From: Lama guanicoe
Taxonomy: Eukaryota
Length of the DNA stretch: 64,000 nucleotides
Direction of reading: 5' to 3'
Assembly: GCA_013239625.1 (NCBI GenBank)
Contig: MU054033.1
Span: 372,001 to 436,000, forward strand
Positions 62,885 to 64,000 of this stretch are shown one piece after another. Position 1 is the stretch's first letter, and every line of letters begins with the position of its first letter. Made by a program: the position numbers and the translations under genes. The notes beneath the pieces are model-generated. The model made no database searches and was not told the DNA's origin. It saw only the letters and a list, made by a program, of their open reading frames with translations.

Positions 62885-63489
62885 TGAGGCGGGAAGCCCC
62901 ATAAAAAAGACCGGCAGGGCCCCCAGGCAGGGCCACTGCTCTTCCGCCAGCGCCATCCGGTTCCCTGGCCCAGAGGCTCTGTCTCACTTTTTGCCTCTGA
63001 AACTGCTTACGTCTAGGAAAGTGGAACTTACCCCTAAAATACTATCGGTTCCCTAAGCTAACTCCTGATTGGTCCATTGTAGTACTTCATTTGCATGGAG
63101 CTCACTCCTGATTGGTTATTTCTTTCACTCCTGATTGGGCCATTTCCCTCACTCCTGATTGGCCCCTTTGTAGTACTCCATTTGCATGGTGCTCACTCCT
63201 GATTGGTTATTTCTCTCACTCCTGATTGGTTATTTCTCTCAGTCCTGATTGGTCCATTTCTACAAAGCTTGTTCCCAAATAGTCAACTTCTGTTATACCT
63301 TATTTGCATGTGATGTTGCAAAGTGTAAACTGGCAGCCTAGAAAAGCCTGTGTAAACCTACAGACGGGGTCCAGAGCTTGGAGTGTCAAGTCCTCTGGGC
63401 CTGTTGGCGTAATAAACCACTCTCCAAGGCCGGAGTGCTGTTTGGTCCCTCTCCTGGATCCAGGTTGTTGTCACAACTGAGCTGTAACA
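62885..63489 (+). mobile_element. ERV LTR with an internal CCAAT/octamer tandem array
   Basis: U3 array of (CA)CTCCTGATTGG, TATA-position cctagaaaagcc near 63338, AATAAA at 63411-63416, end TGTAACA. The 5' boundary is uncertain. Confidence 0.8.
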
Positions 63490-63849
63490 CATTTTTCAGC
63501 AACAAAGTGATTATACTTAAAGGGAAAAAGAAAGAAAAGTCTGTGTGTGTTCAAGCCATTGCTCTGTTCTGGCATTGTGCTGAATTCTTTATGTAGGTTA
63601 TTTCCACTTCTTATAACAGCATAGCTAGCTGAAAGTACTGTATTTTTATAATTTGCTTAACAAAATAAGTGGTATAAAGTTGGGATTCAGGTCTGTTTAG
63701 GCTTCAGTTTCCTCCCCCCTCGTTTTACTCTGCTCTGCTGCCTCTCCGTCAGGAGTAACCTGCTGAAAGTGTGAGGACACAGCTGACGTGCATGAGATGC
63801 AGGACACACGACACTGACAAGAGGTAGGAATTCCTGGAATGATGCTCTC

Positions 63850-64000
63850 CAACTCCTGCCTCATTCCCAAGTATGTGCTGATGCAGCTGGAAACAAGACG
63901 AAATCCTCTCCCCCATGGTGCTTACATGATGGTGGACAGAGATAGATCATAAACAATTAAACAAGTCAAATGTGTAATATGCCAAATGGTGAGAAGTGCT
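63850..64000 (-). mobile_element. L2 fragment
   Basis: aaacaagacgaaatcctctcccccatggtgcttaca...gatagatcataaacaattaaacaag. Confidence 0.6.

Noticed and set aside
63060..63260. CRISPR-like repeat array
   Set aside because: Mammalian DNA, the spacers are themselves repeated and short, there are no cas genes, and it lies within an LTR.

Overview
Repeat-rich mammalian non-coding DNA, almost certainly from a camelid (camel, alpaca or llama). The basis is three tRNA-Ala-derived SINEs of the Vic-1 type, artiodactyl-type L1 3' ends, and no recognisable Alu, Bov-A/BovB, CHR or PRE1 elements. One 201-N assembly gap lies at 20036-20236. I cannot support any intact protein-coding gene, genuine tRNA/rRNA gene or CRISPR array; the supplied ORFs are chance ORFs or decayed L1 ORF2 remnants. 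Much of the window is nested transposable elements: old L1MC/MD/ME, L2, L3/CR1 and MIR; hAT DNA transposons (MER58A/B, MER5, MER3, MER63); MaLR/ERVL LTRs; ERV1 solo LTRs; and younger L1 tails with clean target-site duplications (TSDs). Family names come from recalled consensus sequences, not a database search. I found no convincing new biological system. The best second-look items are: a probable L1 3' transduction (16984-17183); an LTR carrying 7 CCAAT boxes and 3 octamer motifs (63060-63310); three MER41-like LTRs that differ at the STAT site; an unexplained ancient ~130-bp duplicated sequence (945-1389 and 4907-5022); two twin-primed L1 inversions; an orphan CpG island with speculative downstream exons; and old repeats that look unusually GC/CpG-rich.
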